Source: an uncultured Verrucomicrobiae bacterium (GTDB taxonomy: Bacteria; Verrucomicrobiota; Verrucomicrobiia; Chthoniobacterales; JAFAMB01). Taken from it: DNA of 64,000 nucleotides. The position numbers and the translations under genes were made by a program. This document shows, piece after piece, positions 1 through 9,651 of the stretch (its first letter is position 1; each line of letters begins with the position of its first letter). The notes under the pieces were generated by a model. That model saw only the letters and a program-made list of their open reading frames with translations. It ran no database searches and was not told the DNA's origin. The DNA is taken from assembly GCA_963762565.1 (NCBI GenBank), contig CAVXLD010000001.1, forward strand, positions 198,286 to 262,285. Direction: 5' to 3'.

Positions 1-1
1 C

Positions 2-685
2 GACCTGTTGCAAGTCCGAGCAAAGCTTCGCGAACGTTTGCTCCCGGATATCGATGATTGGGTTAAAAAAAGAGCTGGCACCAGGGTGGAAGCGCTGGCG
101 AAATCGTCCGCGGTTACCGGTACCTTTACCGCATCTGCAGCACGGCCTTTGAACGCTGTATCGACTATCGGAGCCAATAACCCGACGCCGACGCCAACTC
201 CGGCGTCGCTAAGCATGATTCAAAGCACACCTCAGCCGGCTCCGACCGTGGTTCCGCAATCTAGTCCGACCGTTGAATCGATGCCTACGTCAAGCCCACT
301 ACCCGTCGCTTCTGGAAGCCCTGTTGCACCCCCGATTCCGGCAGAATCTCCAAAATCGGAAGAGAATCCGGCAAACGTGCCACCGTCACCGACGGCATCG
401 CCTGAAGCATCTCCCACCGTTGAGCAGCGAGTTGCGAAACATAGGGCTACGCCAAAGCCGCAGCCGACCCCGATGTCAACTCCTAAGCCGAAGACACTCC
501 TGGGCAAAATCTTCGACAGCTTGCGGAAGGCCAATGAAGAAGCCGGCAAGCCGACCCCGACGCCAAGCGATGGCCACTATGCGATGCCGACGCCAACTGT
601 TCGTTATTGGGCCAGTCCGACACCAAAGCCGAAACGTAGTAAGACGGAGCCGTCGCCGACCAATTCCGTCTATACTGACCACTAG
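2..685 (+). CDS. Pro/Thr-rich low-complexity protein, C-terminal part (5' end outside window)
   Basis: Frame open from nt 2 to TAG at 683-685. PTPTP and PKP tracts. No domain recognised. The track start at 8 is a TTG inside the open frame. Confidence 0.4.
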   Translation, partial: DLLQVRAKLRERLLPDIDDWVKKRAGTRVEALAKSSAVTGTFTASAARPLNAVSTIGANNPTPTPTPASLSMIQSTPQPAPTVVPQSSPTVESMPTSSPLPVASGSPVAPPIPAESPKSEENPANVPPSPTASPEASPTVEQRVAKHRATPKPQPTPMSTPKPKTLLGKIFDSLRKANEEAGKPTPTPSDGHYAMPTPTVRYWASPTPKPKRSKTEPSPTNSVYTDH

Positions 686-750
686 GGCTTGAAGCACTGC
701 AACTAAATGCCGTTAGCCCCAGCCATGTCAGGGGCACTAGAGGAGTGTGT

Positions 751-792
751 CGGCGAACGGGCGAACAAACTGGTGGGGCGAAGCTCCAGATC
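751..792. repeat. Solo left end of a family-A element (degenerate) with GGCGAAC units
   Basis: cggcgaacgggcgaacaaac followed by tggtggggcgaagctccagatc (canonical: ggtggggcgaggctcccgaa). No convincing right end before the gatB stop. Confidence 0.4.
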
Positions 793-852
793 TTCCTAAA
801 AAGGTGAACAAGGCGATTGCTATTACCGAATCTATAGTAGCCAGCACCGAAC

Positions 853-2316
853 CTACCCCGCGTTCAATAACTTCTCCAGCGTCTCCCCGACTAGATTTGG
901 ATTTGCTTTCCCTTTCGAAGCCTTCATCACTTGGCCTTTTAGGAAGTTGATCGCGGCGCCTTTTCCAGCCCGATAGTCTTCGACCGACTTCGGATTCGCT
1001 TCGATGACCTGCTGGCAAAGCAGCTTGATAGCGTCAACATCGCTCTCCTGTTTAAGGCCCTTTGCTTCCACAATCTTTCCCGGGGCTTCACCCGATGCGA
1101 ACATCTCGGCGAAAACTTCTTTCCCCTGTTTGCTGTTGATCTTCCCGTCTTCGATCAGTCCAGTCAATTCCGCGAGATGTTGCGGTTGGATAGGACACTC
1201 TCCTACTGATTTCCCAGCCGTCGCCAATGCACTCAGCAAATCGTTTAGAACGTAGTTAGCCACCGCTTTGGGTCTCTTGGCTCCTTTGGCGGCAGCTTCA
1301 AAATAACGTGAGAGCTCCAAGTCATCCGCCAGCACCCCGGCGTCGTAACTGCTAATCTCGTAATCTCGGATGAAACGCTCACGTTTTGCCCAAGGCAATT
1401 CAGGTAGGCGTAAGCGTACTTCCGGCATGAACACCTCGGTTTTAACGGGGAGCAAATCCGGGTCCGGGAAATATCGGTAGTCATGGGCCGACTCCTTAGT
1501 ACGCATTAGAAAAGTCTCGCCTTTGTCGTCGTCCCATCGGCGAGTCTCTTGAGACAATCTCTCTCCACGTTCTAAAGCAGAAATCTGGCGATCGATCTCA
1601 AACGCCAAAGCCCTTCGAACCCCGCTGATCGAATTCAGATTCTTCAACTCGATCTTGGCCCCATACTCGGTCTGATGATGGGGGCGTACCGACACGTTAC
1701 AATCACAACGCAGCTGGCCTTTCTCCATATCCGCATCGCTCACATCTCCGTAGATCAAGGCCTGCTTTAGCGACGTGAGATAAGCGAACGCTTCTTCGGG
1801 GGATTCTAGGTCCGGTTGGGAAACAATCTCCATTAGTGGCGTCCCGGCCCGGTTAAAATCGATTCCACTCGTCGTCTCGAAATGGGAATTCTTGGCGACA
1901 TCTTCCTCTAAATGAATCCGGATTAGCCGGACTCGTTTATCCGGATTTTTGATGCCCTTCTGCGCGTCTTTCGGGTAAGCGAGATCGTACAGAGGAACTT
2001 CTCCACTCTGGCAAATCGGCATATCGTACTGCGAGATTTGATAGTTCTTCGGCATGTCCGGATAGTAGTAGTTCTTACGATCGAATTTGCAGACCGGAGC
2101 GATCTCAGATTGGAAGATCAGGCCGGTCAAGGCTGTCATTTTGAGCGCTTCCAGATTCATCACAGGTAAGGCGCCGGGCAGCCCAAGGCAGGTAGGGCAC
2201 ACATTCGTATTGGGCTCCGCCCCGTACTCGACCGCGCAACCACAAAACATTTTGCTCCTGGTCTTCAGCTGGACATGCACCTCTAGTCCAATGGTCGCGA
2301 TGTAATCACTCTTCAT
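853..2316 (-). CDS. gatB: Asp-tRNA(Asn)/Glu-tRNA(Gln) amidotransferase subunit B
   Basis: 487 aa. N-terminus IGLEVHVQLKTRSKMFCGC...CPTCLGLPGALPVMN and overall length are typical GatB. Confidence 0.95.
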   Translation of the reverse strand: MKSDYIATIGLEVHVQLKTRSKMFCGCAVEYGAEPNTNVCPTCLGLPGALPVMNLEALKMTALTGLIFQSEIAPVCKFDRKNYYYPDMPKNYQISQYDMPICQSGEVPLYDLAYPKDAQKGIKNPDKRVRLIRIHLEEDVAKNSHFETTSGIDFNRAGTPLMEIVSQPDLESPEEAFAYLTSLKQALIYGDVSDADMEKGQLRCDCNVSVRPHHQTEYGAKIELKNLNSISGVRRALAFEIDRQISALERGERLSQETRRWDDDKGETFLMRTKESAHDYRYFPDPDLLPVKTEVFMPEVRLRLPELPWAKRERFIRDYEISSYDAGVLADDLELSRYFEAAAKGAKRPKAVANYVLNDLLSALATAGKSVGECPIQPQHLAELTGLIEDGKINSKQGKEVFAEMFASGEAPGKIVEAKGLKQESDVDAIKLLCQQVIEANPKSVEDYRAGKGAAINFLKGQVMKASKGKANPNLVGETLEKLLNAG

Positions 2317-2351
2317 AGATTTTTAGCCCGGCCAGGCCGGGCTAAAAATCT
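2317..2351 (-). promoter_or_regulatory. Perfect 15-bp hairpin between the cvpA-like stop and the gatB start codon
   Basis: AGATTTTTAGCCCGG-CCAGG-CCGGGCTAAAAATCT. It ends 1 nt from the gatB ATG (2316). There is no 3' U-tract on either strand, so it is not a canonical terminator. Confidence 0.5.
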
Positions 2352-2353
2352 AC

Positions 2354-3184
2354 CTAGCGTTTCGCCCCTTTCCACTGCTTACCGACCAACTCCTGCCTGA
2401 CCTCACCGTTTGTGAAGAATTGGACAAGCTTTGGGTTGGTCACAACGCCAAGTAAATCGCCCTTCTCAACGGAATTAGAAAGCTCAGGATCCTCCGCCAG
2501 GGCTTGAAAGGTTGCATTGTTACTCAACGGTCGAAACACCGGATCGGCCATCAACTGTCTAACCGCATCCGGGCGCGACAGAATTGAGCTCCAACGGTCG
2601 ATGGTATCGTAAACTGAACCAGGGACCGGATCGAGCCATCGGGTTACGTTTCCCAACCAACCCAAGTCGAGGGACGCCTTCGCTCTCGCGAACGTCGAGA
2701 CCAGGGGCGCTGGAGCTAACCCACGGCTTGCCTGTAGCGTTACTTCGTCTTCGGCGACTCGGCCGATCACGTGGATGAGAATCATGAGGAACCAGACGTT
2801 CACAAGGCCGTAGATGAATCCCAGCAAGGCGCCGCCGGCACCAGAGATCATGCGAGAGACTATCAAATCATAATCCCGGGTCCTGCGGAACAGGAACCCG
2901 CTGGCCAGCATCATTAGATAAAAACAAAGTATACCTAAGAGCACCCGCGCCAGCATAAGCCCGCCGGGCGAGATCGTCTTAGAGCTCATCCCGAGCGGAC
3001 CGAGAATCGCGTCGGAAAAGAAATAAACCACCAATACGGAGGCGGCGAACGCCAGTGGAATCAGGAGTTGAAGCAGGAGCCCGCGGAAACAGCCGCGGAT
3101 CACAGCGTAGATAACGCAGGCGGTAAAAATAATTAGTAATCCTGCCTGCCATTGTGGCGATGCCTCCACTGAGCCGCCGGTCAT
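2354..3184 (-). CDS. Multi-pass membrane protein, CvpA-like
   Basis: 276 aa. Several hydrophobic helices in the first ~170 aa followed by a soluble C-terminal part. The CvpA assignment comes from topology and composition only. Confidence 0.4.
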   Translation of the reverse strand: MTGGSVEASPQWQAGLLIIFTACVIYAVIRGCFRGLLLQLLIPLAFAASVLVVYFFSDAILGPLGMSSKTISPGGLMLARVLLGILCFYLMMLASGFLFRRTRDYDLIVSRMISGAGGALLGFIYGLVNVWFLMILIHVIGRVAEDEVTLQASRGLAPAPLVSTFARAKASLDLGWLGNVTRWLDPVPGSVYDTIDRWSSILSRPDAVRQLMADPVFRPLSNNATFQALAEDPELSNSVEKGDLLGVVTNPKLVQFFTNGEVRQELVGKQWKGAKR

Positions 3185-3190
3185 GACGCA

Positions 3191-4276
3191 TCAAAGCGAA
3201 TTCTGAGCCCGGTGCCGTAGCCAGTGATCACAGATCACCAGAATGGCCATTGCTTCGACAATCGGCACTGCCCGAGGAAGAACGCATGGATCATGGCGGC
3301 CGCGGGCAGCCAATTCTACAGGTTCGCCCGCTACGTTCACGGTGGCCTGAGGCTGCAAAATGGTGGCGGTCGGTTTGAATGCGACCCGAAAAACGATGTC
3401 TTCACCGTTGCTAATCCCGCCTTGTATTCCACCAGAATAGTTGGACTTCGTGCGTACCCGACCACCTTGGATTTCAAACGGGTCGTTGTGTTCGGCTCCC
3501 GTCATCCGTGTGCCCGCAAACCCGGATCCAAACTCGATTCCCTTCGCAGCCGGCAGACTCAATAACGCTTTCCCCAGATCTGCCTCCAGCTTGTCAAAAA
3601 CGGGTTCACCCAGTCCGGGCGGAACACCGCGGATGACGCATTCGATGACCCCGCCAACCGAATTCCCTTCTTTCCGCATTGTCTGAATGAGCTCGATCAT
3701 TTTCGCAGCCTTCTCTGGATCCGGACACCTGACGATCGAGCTTTCGACTTGCTGAAGCGTCACCGCGTGTGAGTCGATCTCGGCTTCAAGGGAGTGTATC
3801 TGGCGGACATAAGCGACTATTTCGATCCCCGGGATAGCTTGCGCTAACACTTTTCGGGCCACAGCGGCGGCCGCTACTCGCCCAATGGTTTCACGGGCGG
3901 ATGCTCGGCCACCGCCCTGCCAATTCCGGATCCCGAACTTCGCTTGATAAGTGAAGTCTGCATGAGAAGGCCGATAGGCGGTCTCCATCTCCCGATAAGC
4001 TTCCGGCCGGGCATCCTGGTTGCGGACCATGATAGAAATTGGTGTCCCTAATGTTTTGCCCTCGAATACCCCAGACAAGATCTCACATCGGTCAGCCTCT
4101 TTTCGCTGAGTCACAATCTCGCTTTGACCAGGCCGTCGCCGATCCAACTCCACTTGAATATCCTCTTCTGAGATCGCGATTCTCGGGGGGCACCCATCGA
4201 TTACAACACCGACTCCACCCCCGTGGGACTCACCCCAGGTCATCACCCGAAATAGAACGCCAAACTGAGAAGACAT
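3191..4276 (-). CDS. aroC: Chorismate synthase
   Basis: 361 aa. [35 protein letters not shown]-like and GGISNG motifs. Confidence 0.95.
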   Translation of the reverse strand: MSSQFGVLFRVMTWGESHGGGVGVVIDGCPPRIAISEEDIQVELDRRRPGQSEIVTQRKEADRCEILSGVFEGKTLGTPISIMVRNQDARPEAYREMETAYRPSHADFTYQAKFGIRNWQGGGRASARETIGRVAAAAVARKVLAQAIPGIEIVAYVRQIHSLEAEIDSHAVTLQQVESSIVRCPDPEKAAKMIELIQTMRKEGNSVGGVIECVIRGVPPGLGEPVFDKLEADLGKALLSLPAAKGIEFGSGFAGTRMTGAEHNDPFEIQGGRVRTKSNYSGGIQGGISNGEDIVFRVAFKPTATILQPQATVNVAGEPVELAARGRHDPCVLPRAVPIVEAMAILVICDHWLRHRAQNSL

Positions 4277-4330
4277 GTCGCTACGGAGGCCGTGAGCGTA
4301 TATTACCGCTTATCGGGATCAAGTCTATGC

Positions 4331-4532
4331 CGGAGCTGGGAGGCGTAAGTGGACGTAGTGGACGAAGTAGACGTAGTGGACAAAGTGGACCGGGAGTGGA
4401 CGATTTAACTCCTCGCCGCCGAATCTGAGGACGTCCACTCCGTCAACTCAGTCCATTCCGTCCACTCCTGTCTACTCGGCCGCCCATGCCCGGCGCACCC
4501 CTACTAGCTCCTAGATTCCAGCTCCTAGCTCC
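4331..4532. repeat. Nested palindrome of 9-nt arrays in the aroC / lysR divergent region
   Basis: Six GTAGTGGAC-type units (4345-4401) are mirrored by five GTCCACTCC-type units (4433-4477). An outer ggagctgggagg (4332-4343) is mirrored by ctagctcctagattccagctcctagctcc (4504-4532). Confidence 0.85.
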
Positions 4533-4606
4533 TCTTTTTTACTCGCGCCCGGCGCTGTTACCGGCCAGAAACAAATAGTCGCACCGAAGACCGCCCTGAT
4601 CCTGTC

Positions 4607-5509
4607 GTGAATGTTCACCACCTAGAGCTCTTTTTCTATGTTGCAAAGCATGGCGGAATCAGCTCGGCCGTCCGGCATATGCCTTACGGCATCCAGCAGC
4701 CGGCAGTAAGTGGTCAGATTCTGCAGCTCGAAGAATATCTGGGCCAGAAACTCTTCCATCGAAGACCCTTCTCCTTAACTCCTGCGGGCGAGCGCCTCTT
4801 TCGTTTTATCCAGCCATTCTTCGAGAACCTCGAACTCGTATCGGGAGAGCTCAGAGGCCATCAAAACAAAGAGCTGCGCCTGGCCGCTTCCACAGCCTTG
4901 CTGCGAGAGTACGGCCCTCGACTGCTGGACCAGGTCAAACAGCATGTCCCGGAGCTAAAACTGATCTTGCGCGAGGCAGATCAATCCATGGCCGAAGATT
5001 ACCTTTTGGCCCAGGAGGTTCACCTCGCGGTGACTGAGCTCTATACTAAGCCGCCCAGCGGCATTCAAACCGAGGTGCTGGCGGAGCTCCCCCTGGTTCT
5101 TCTTGTCGCCGTTGATGGTAAATTCAAGAAAGCGAAGGAAATCTTAGTCCAACGTCCGCTCCCCTTGATCTCAGTATCGGCTACTTCGGCACTTTATCGG
5201 ACGTTTCAAGACGGTTTGCGACAGCACGGACCACCTTGGGAAATCAATATCGAACTCTCGACCCTGGAAATGGTAGTCACCTACGCGAGTGCCGGCTACG
5301 GTGTCGGTCTATCGGTCCGCGCTCCAGGCCTCGAATTCGGGCCTAGACTTCGGGCAATCGATCTTGACGATTTCCCGAGTTTGAAGATCGCAGCTTTCTG
5401 GCAAGAACCCCTGGCGATGCTGCCGAGTCTTTTCCTTGAAGAAATCCGCAAGGAGGCTCGGAGGCAGATCGTTGTGCCACAGAAACCGAAGGGGAAGGGT
5501 TCATCCTAG
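4607..5509 (+). CDS. LysR family transcriptional regulator
   Basis: 300 aa. N-terminal wHTH (LELFFYVAKHGGISSAVRHMPYGIQQPAVSGQILQLEEYLGQKLF) plus a LysR substrate-binding-type C-terminus. GTG start. Divergent from aroC. Confidence 0.9.
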   Translation: MNVHHLELFFYVAKHGGISSAVRHMPYGIQQPAVSGQILQLEEYLGQKLFHRRPFSLTPAGERLFRFIQPFFENLELVSGELRGHQNKELRLAASTALLREYGPRLLDQVKQHVPELKLILREADQSMAEDYLLAQEVHLAVTELYTKPPSGIQTEVLAELPLVLLVAVDGKFKKAKEILVQRPLPLISVSATSALYRTFQDGLRQHGPPWEINIELSTLEMVVTYASAGYGVGLSVRAPGLEFGPRLRAIDLDDFPSLKIAAFWQEPLAMLPSLFLEEIRKEARRQIVVPQKPKGKGSS

Positions 5510-5715
5510 ACGCTGCGCAAGCGTGCGGAGAAACCCGGAATAAAACCCTCTGCTCCGGAGTCTGCTGACATAGGGCTGACACTCAACGACCTAGTGTGCC
5601 CGAGAACCGCCGCTCAGGCCTCCGGCGTTGTTTGATTCTGGATGCCGAGAATAATCTTGCGCTAAGCAGGGTTTGCAGCGTGTGTAACTTTAATAGAAAC
5701 AGAAACGCTCTCATT

Positions 5716-6879
5716 ATGTCCACCTTAACAGCAGCATCTCTCACGGTCCCGGATACGTTTCCTCCGTTCAGCTTGCCTCGCCTTCTCAAGACGGTTTTTA
5801 ATCCTAAGGCCGGCGAGAAGGTAGCCATCTTAATCGACCTTGATGATCCCCATCAGGTGGCAGATTTCGCTTTCCTCAAAAACCCTGATTTGACCATACA
5901 GCGACATGCTTACGACGTCTTCTATCAGGGATTAAAGAACGGTGTTCTCAAAGAGTTCGGGCTAATCGGTGGAGATCTTTTCGCTTATCAGATCACGGGC
6001 GGCAGCAATCTTGACCTTCCTGATCTGGCGGTCACGACCGGCGGAAAAGAAGTCAGCCTGGAACGGGACATTTATCCGAACTACAACCTCATCCTTTGCA
6101 TCTCAACTTATTCTGCGACTGCGCCTCTGACTGCCTTCGCAAAGAAATACGGCTTTCGGGGCGCCACCTTGCACGGGCTGAACCAAATCATTTTGGCGAC
6201 CGGTTTGGCTGTCGATTACGATGAGGTCAGCGCAAATGCTGAAAAACTTCGGCTGGGAATGACAAAGCCAGACTGGGTGGAAATCGACTTCGTAGTAGCT
6301 GGATCGAAGTCCACCTTACATCTGGACTTGGGGCGACAAGAGGCGCAGAAGAGCCATGGCCTTTGTCGAGGGGGGCCAGACATCGCGAATCTGCCGGCCG
6401 GAGAAATTTATTTCGTTCCCAGCGATGCTTCGGGCGAGTTTCCACTCAAGTACGAAGACGGGACTCTGGGTCTGATGACCGTTGCTCATGGGCGGATTGT
6501 GGACGCCAAATTGATCCGCGGAAACGCCAAGACAATTGAAGAACACAAACAGAAATTGAGTTCTGATCCGGTAACAGGCGAACTCGGCGAGCTAGGGTTT
6601 GGAACTCAGCTTCTCCCCACTTCAGGGCGCGATATTCAAGATGAGAAGATTCTTGGAACCCTGCACGTGGCAACCGGTCGGAGCGATCATCTGGGCGGCC
6701 ACTTAACTCCGGATAAATTCACGAATCATAAAAATGCCACCCATGACGACATTCTGTTTGCGCCGCATAAGACGCCGGAAGTGAACGTCTCGCAGGTGCG
6801 CATGCTTCGGAATGGAAAGACCGAGATCTTAATTGAGGACTTCGTTCCCGCTGCCTATATGGCAGGACTGCTGAGTTAA
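5716..6879 (+). CDS. Conserved hypothetical protein (possibly M29 aminopeptidase-like)
   Basis: Long ORF 5596-6879. I prefer the ATG at 5716 (MSTLTAAS...). The C-terminal pattern LHVATGRSDHLGGH...NATHDDILF is reminiscent of M29-type metallopeptidases, but this is unverified. Confidence 0.4.
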   Translation: MSTLTAASLTVPDTFPPFSLPRLLKTVFNPKAGEKVAILIDLDDPHQVADFAFLKNPDLTIQRHAYDVFYQGLKNGVLKEFGLIGGDLFAYQITGGSNLDLPDLAVTTGGKEVSLERDIYPNYNLILCISTYSATAPLTAFAKKYGFRGATLHGLNQIILATGLAVDYDEVSANAEKLRLGMTKPDWVEIDFVVAGSKSTLHLDLGRQEAQKSHGLCRGGPDIANLPAGEIYFVPSDASGEFPLKYEDGTLGLMTVAHGRIVDAKLIRGNAKTIEEHKQKLSSDPVTGELGELGFGTQLLPTSGRDIQDEKILGTLHVATGRSDHLGGHLTPDKFTNHKNATHDDILFAPHKTPEVNVSQVRMLRNGKTEILIEDFVPAAYMAGLLS

Positions 6880-6909
6880 GGAATTGGTCGAGGGATCATC
6901 CCATGGCGT

Positions 6910-7027
6910 GGGAGGGCGCGCGTCCCGCGCGCCGCGGCCAGTACTGCATCGCCGACATAACCGAGCGCTTTACCGGGTCTGTGCTGGCCTCCGAGAACAA
7001 AGGATCGCGGGGACGCGATCCCTCCCC
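6910..7027. repeat. Family C element, copy C1
   Basis: GGGAGGG + hairpin GGCGCGCG-TCC-CGCGCGCC at the left. Hairpin GGATCGCG-GGGA-CGCGATCC + CCTCCCC at the right. About 60 nt of unconserved spacer. Confidence 0.85.
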
Positions 7028-7051
7028 GCTTTGGGCCAATCACATATTACC

Positions 7052-7789
7052 GTGAACATTTACGAAACCGATCTGCTGCTGAACCAATACTTGTTGTTTC
7101 ATTATGGAACGGCAGAGGATCAACTGCCCTATTCTTTTGGACCCGGAGATGCGCTCTTTTATCCGTCTCGTTGTGTTACCGAGTTTTTACCACGGATTGG
7201 GCACATATCGCGCGCTCTTGACCTAGGATGTGCCGTCGGCGGATCGACTTTTGAGCTCGCGCGTTGGGCCGACGAAGTTATCGGGATCGACCTTTCTAGC
7301 CAATTCGTGGCGGCTGCTCAGGCCGTGCAAAAAACCGGCGAGATCGGAATTCGCATTGTGGAGGAAGGTCAGCGTTCCGCGGTTGTGACTCGACGGTTAG
7401 ATCCGCAGATTGATCGTTCGAAATGCCGGTTCTTCGTAGGAGACGCACTCCAGACGCCGGCGGAACTAGGCACCTTTGATCTGGTTTTGGCAGCAAATCT
7501 GATCGATCGGGTGTCTCGACCTGCGGATTTGTTGAGTGAAATCAAGCGATTGGTGAGAATCGGCGGACACGTCATCCTCGCATCGCCCTACACTTGGCTC
7601 GAAGAATTTACGCCGCGCGAAAACTGGCTTGCCGATGCCACGGCTAACACGTTGAGTCGGATTCAAAGGCTTCTGGGGCCCGAGCTGGTTCAGGTCGCGA
7701 CCAAAGATCTCCCCTTCCTGATCCGCGAGCATGCCCGAAAGTTTCAATGGAGCGTGGCGCAGGCGAGTGTGTGGAAAAAGGAGCGGTAG
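7052..7789 (+). CDS. Class I SAM-dependent methyltransferase, resembles stand-alone OvoA C-terminal (4-mercaptohistidine N1-methyltransferase-like) family
   Basis: LDLGCAVGGSTFELA SAM motif I. N-terminal YETDLLLNQYLLFHYG motif. The track ORF begins at 6884, but codons 1-56 are read through repeat C1, so I prefer the in-frame GTG at 7052. Confidence 0.6.
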   Translation: MNIYETDLLLNQYLLFHYGTAEDQLPYSFGPGDALFYPSRCVTEFLPRIGHISRALDLGCAVGGSTFELARWADEVIGIDLSSQFVAAAQAVQKTGEIGIRIVEEGQRSAVVTRRLDPQIDRSKCRFFVGDALQTPAELGTFDLVLAANLIDRVSRPADLLSEIKRLVRIGGHVILASPYTWLEEFTPRENWLADATANTLSRIQRLLGPELVQVATKDLPFLIREHARKFQWSVAQASVWKKER

Positions 7790-7792
7790 GTG

Positions 7793-7937
7793 TAGCGAAT
7801 CGGCGTGTGGGCGAAACGGCGAAAGGGCGAAATGGAAGCCGTACGGCGAAAGTTTCGGTGCGCCCATGACGTGCAACTTTCTATCGATGCCGACGCGCCG
7901 AGATTTTCGCCCTTTCGCCCATTCGCCCATTCGCCGG
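7793..7937. repeat. Array-bracketed element H1 (GGCGAAN arrays)
   Basis: Left gtgtgggcgaaacggcgaaagggcgaaatgg. Right ttttcgccctttcgcccattcgcccattcgccgg. The 67-nt core ends in gcgccgag, like a family-A left arm. Confidence 0.75.
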
Positions 7938-7953
7938 TGCGCGCTTCTAGCTC

Positions 7954-8499
7954 CTATTTCTGTGGCGTGAGGTTGATGGTAGTCGTCAGCTTAGGGTAAC
8001 CCACAATAGATACCTCCAGAACATAAGGGCGCCCAGGGACCATATCACGGGTCGAGATGGTACCCGGAAACTCTGAGCGTTCATTGGGATTTACGATCAC
8101 GTACGCCGGATTTTGCGTGACCGGTTGATCGTCGCTCCATTGAACGAGTTTCTTGCCGGCCTCATCCCGGAGGAGGAAGTCATATTCGCGGCTGTCGTTG
8201 AACTGAAGCGTTACCCCCTTCTTGGACCGGTTGATGAGGATAATCCGCGCCTCAAACGACCTTGTATCCGGGAGTTTGATAGTATCGGGCGACAACACGA
8301 CCCGCATTTCCAACCCATACGCCACGACTCCCGTGATCTTCCCGAACGGATTGATTTTCTCAGTCTTAGCGGCATTCGGAACTGCACCAGGACGCTCGGG
8401 CTTCGGACCTACAAACGGGACCCAGCGGTGAAGCTTCTGGGAAGAACAGGCAGTGAAGGCGAGTAGGAGTAGGCTTAACGTCCTAAGGCGTAAATGCAT
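7954..8499 (-). CDS. Lipoprotein, possibly BsuPI-type proteinase-inhibitor fold
   Basis: Signal peptide with lipobox LLLLAFTAC. The beta-rich pattern ILINRSKKGVTLQFNDSREYDFLLRDEAGKKLVQWS resembles BsuPI, but the assignment is weak. Confidence 0.45.
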   Translation of the reverse strand: MHLRLRTLSLLLLAFTACSSQKLHRWVPFVGPKPERPGAVPNAAKTEKINPFGKITGVVAYGLEMRVVLSPDTIKLPDTRSFEARIILINRSKKGVTLQFNDSREYDFLLRDEAGKKLVQWSDDQPVTQNPAYVIVNPNERSEFPGTISTRDMVPGRPYVLEVSIVGYPKLTTTINLTPQK

Positions 8500-8589
8500 C
8501 TGCTCCGTTTAGCGAAAGGCCTTCCCGGTTGCAAATTCTATCCTCTATAACGATGTCGCTCCTACGGAGCAGAATGCACCACACCAAAT

Positions 8590-9651
8590 ATGATTTGGAC
8601 ACCGTTTAACTTCCGAACGACGCTGCTCTACTCAGCGGTCTGGCTCCTCCTGACAGGTACAATGGCGAAGGCAGAACCTCCGAAATTGATATTGCCAACG
8701 GAGAACGACGGCCTTTTGACCGGTAAATTCGCGGAGTTCTATCAATACGTTCAGCGCGATTTCGAGGGCCAAGTCGGCCAGCCGTGGGAGGGCGGCCAGT
8801 ATGGTTTCGTCCGGAACCCAAGACGCATTGGATCGCAGGTCATTTATACGCGATTTCACGAGGGGATCGATATCCGGCCTCTACACCGGGATGCTGCCGG
8901 CGAGCCGGAAGACATCATCCATGCAATCGCCGCCGGAACCGTAGTTTACACAAATCCTGTCGCCAGAAATTCGAACTACGGCCGGTATGTGGTCATCGAA
9001 CATCACCTGGACGGTTTCCCTTATTACAGCCTTTACGCCCATCTGAACACGATCACTGTGAATATTGGCGACTCGGTAGATCAGGGTTCACCGATTGCAG
9101 TGATGGGCCATACCGGCGAGGGGCTCGACAGGGAGCGCGCCCATGTTCATCTGGAGCTAAACCTTCTTTTGAACTCCCATTTTTCAGAATGGTTCCAGGG
9201 ACATCACTCAGCAGACATCGACCGGCACGGTATCTACAATGGGATTAACTTGGCCGGCATCGACATTGGCCGGTTTTATTTGGAGCTCCAAAAGAATCCG
9301 GAGCTTACGGTGCCTACCTTCGTTCAACAGGGAGAACCCTGGTACAGAGTCCTGGTCCCGATATCGCCCCGAATGGATCTGACCGAACGATATCCTTGGC
9401 TGTTAGAAGGCGAAACGGACGCGCCCAGCTGCGAGATCAGTTTCGACCGCACTGGGCTGCCGCTTAAGGTTCGCGGTTCTAGCGAACATGTGACACAGCC
9501 AACGGTATCCTGGGTCCATTCTTCGCCTTTCCCTCAGCATCTGTTGACCAAAGGTTTCATTCGGGACCACGGATCAGGCTACGTTCTCTCAGAGGAGGGA
9601 AACCGGTACATCAGCCTGGTTTGTGACTCGCCTCAGGCTCGCCATCAATAG
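8590..9651 (+). CDS. M23 family metallopeptidase
   Basis: HEGIDIRP, YSLYAHLN, GHTGEG and HVHLELN motifs. N-terminal signal peptide. Confidence 0.85.
   Translation: MIWTPFNFRTTLLYSAVWLLLTGTMAKAEPPKLILPTENDGLLTGKFAEFYQYVQRDFEGQVGQPWEGGQYGFVRNPRRIGSQVIYTRFHEGIDIRPLHRDAAGEPEDIIHAIAAGTVVYTNPVARNSNYGRYVVIEHHLDGFPYYSLYAHLNTITVNIGDSVDQGSPIAVMGHTGEGLDRERAHVHLELNLLLNSHFSEWFQGHHSADIDRHGIYNGINLAGIDIGRFYLELQKNPELTVPTFVQQGEPWYRVLVPISPRMDLTERYPWLLEGETDAPSCEISFDRTGLPLKVRGSSEHVTQPTVSWVHSSPFPQHLLTKGFIRDHGSGYVLSEEGNRYISLVCDSPQARHQ

Noticed and set aside
6884-7051. N-terminal extensions offered by the ORF track for several genes: 6884, 12247, 19836, 27330, 28255, 31833, 34531, 55952 and 57202
   Set aside because: The extra codons run through repeat elements or lack similarity to the expected family N-terminus. 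In-frame starts that give canonical N-termini or stop/start overlaps (ATGA, GTGA) were preferred. These remain predictions.
8501-8573. Inverted repeat ctgctccgt / acggagcag in the divergent region between the lipoprotein and M23 peptidase genes
   Set aside because: It is only 9 bp, about 55 nt apart, with no similarity to the element families. It could be an operator, but it is within what chance allows in a 90-nt region.
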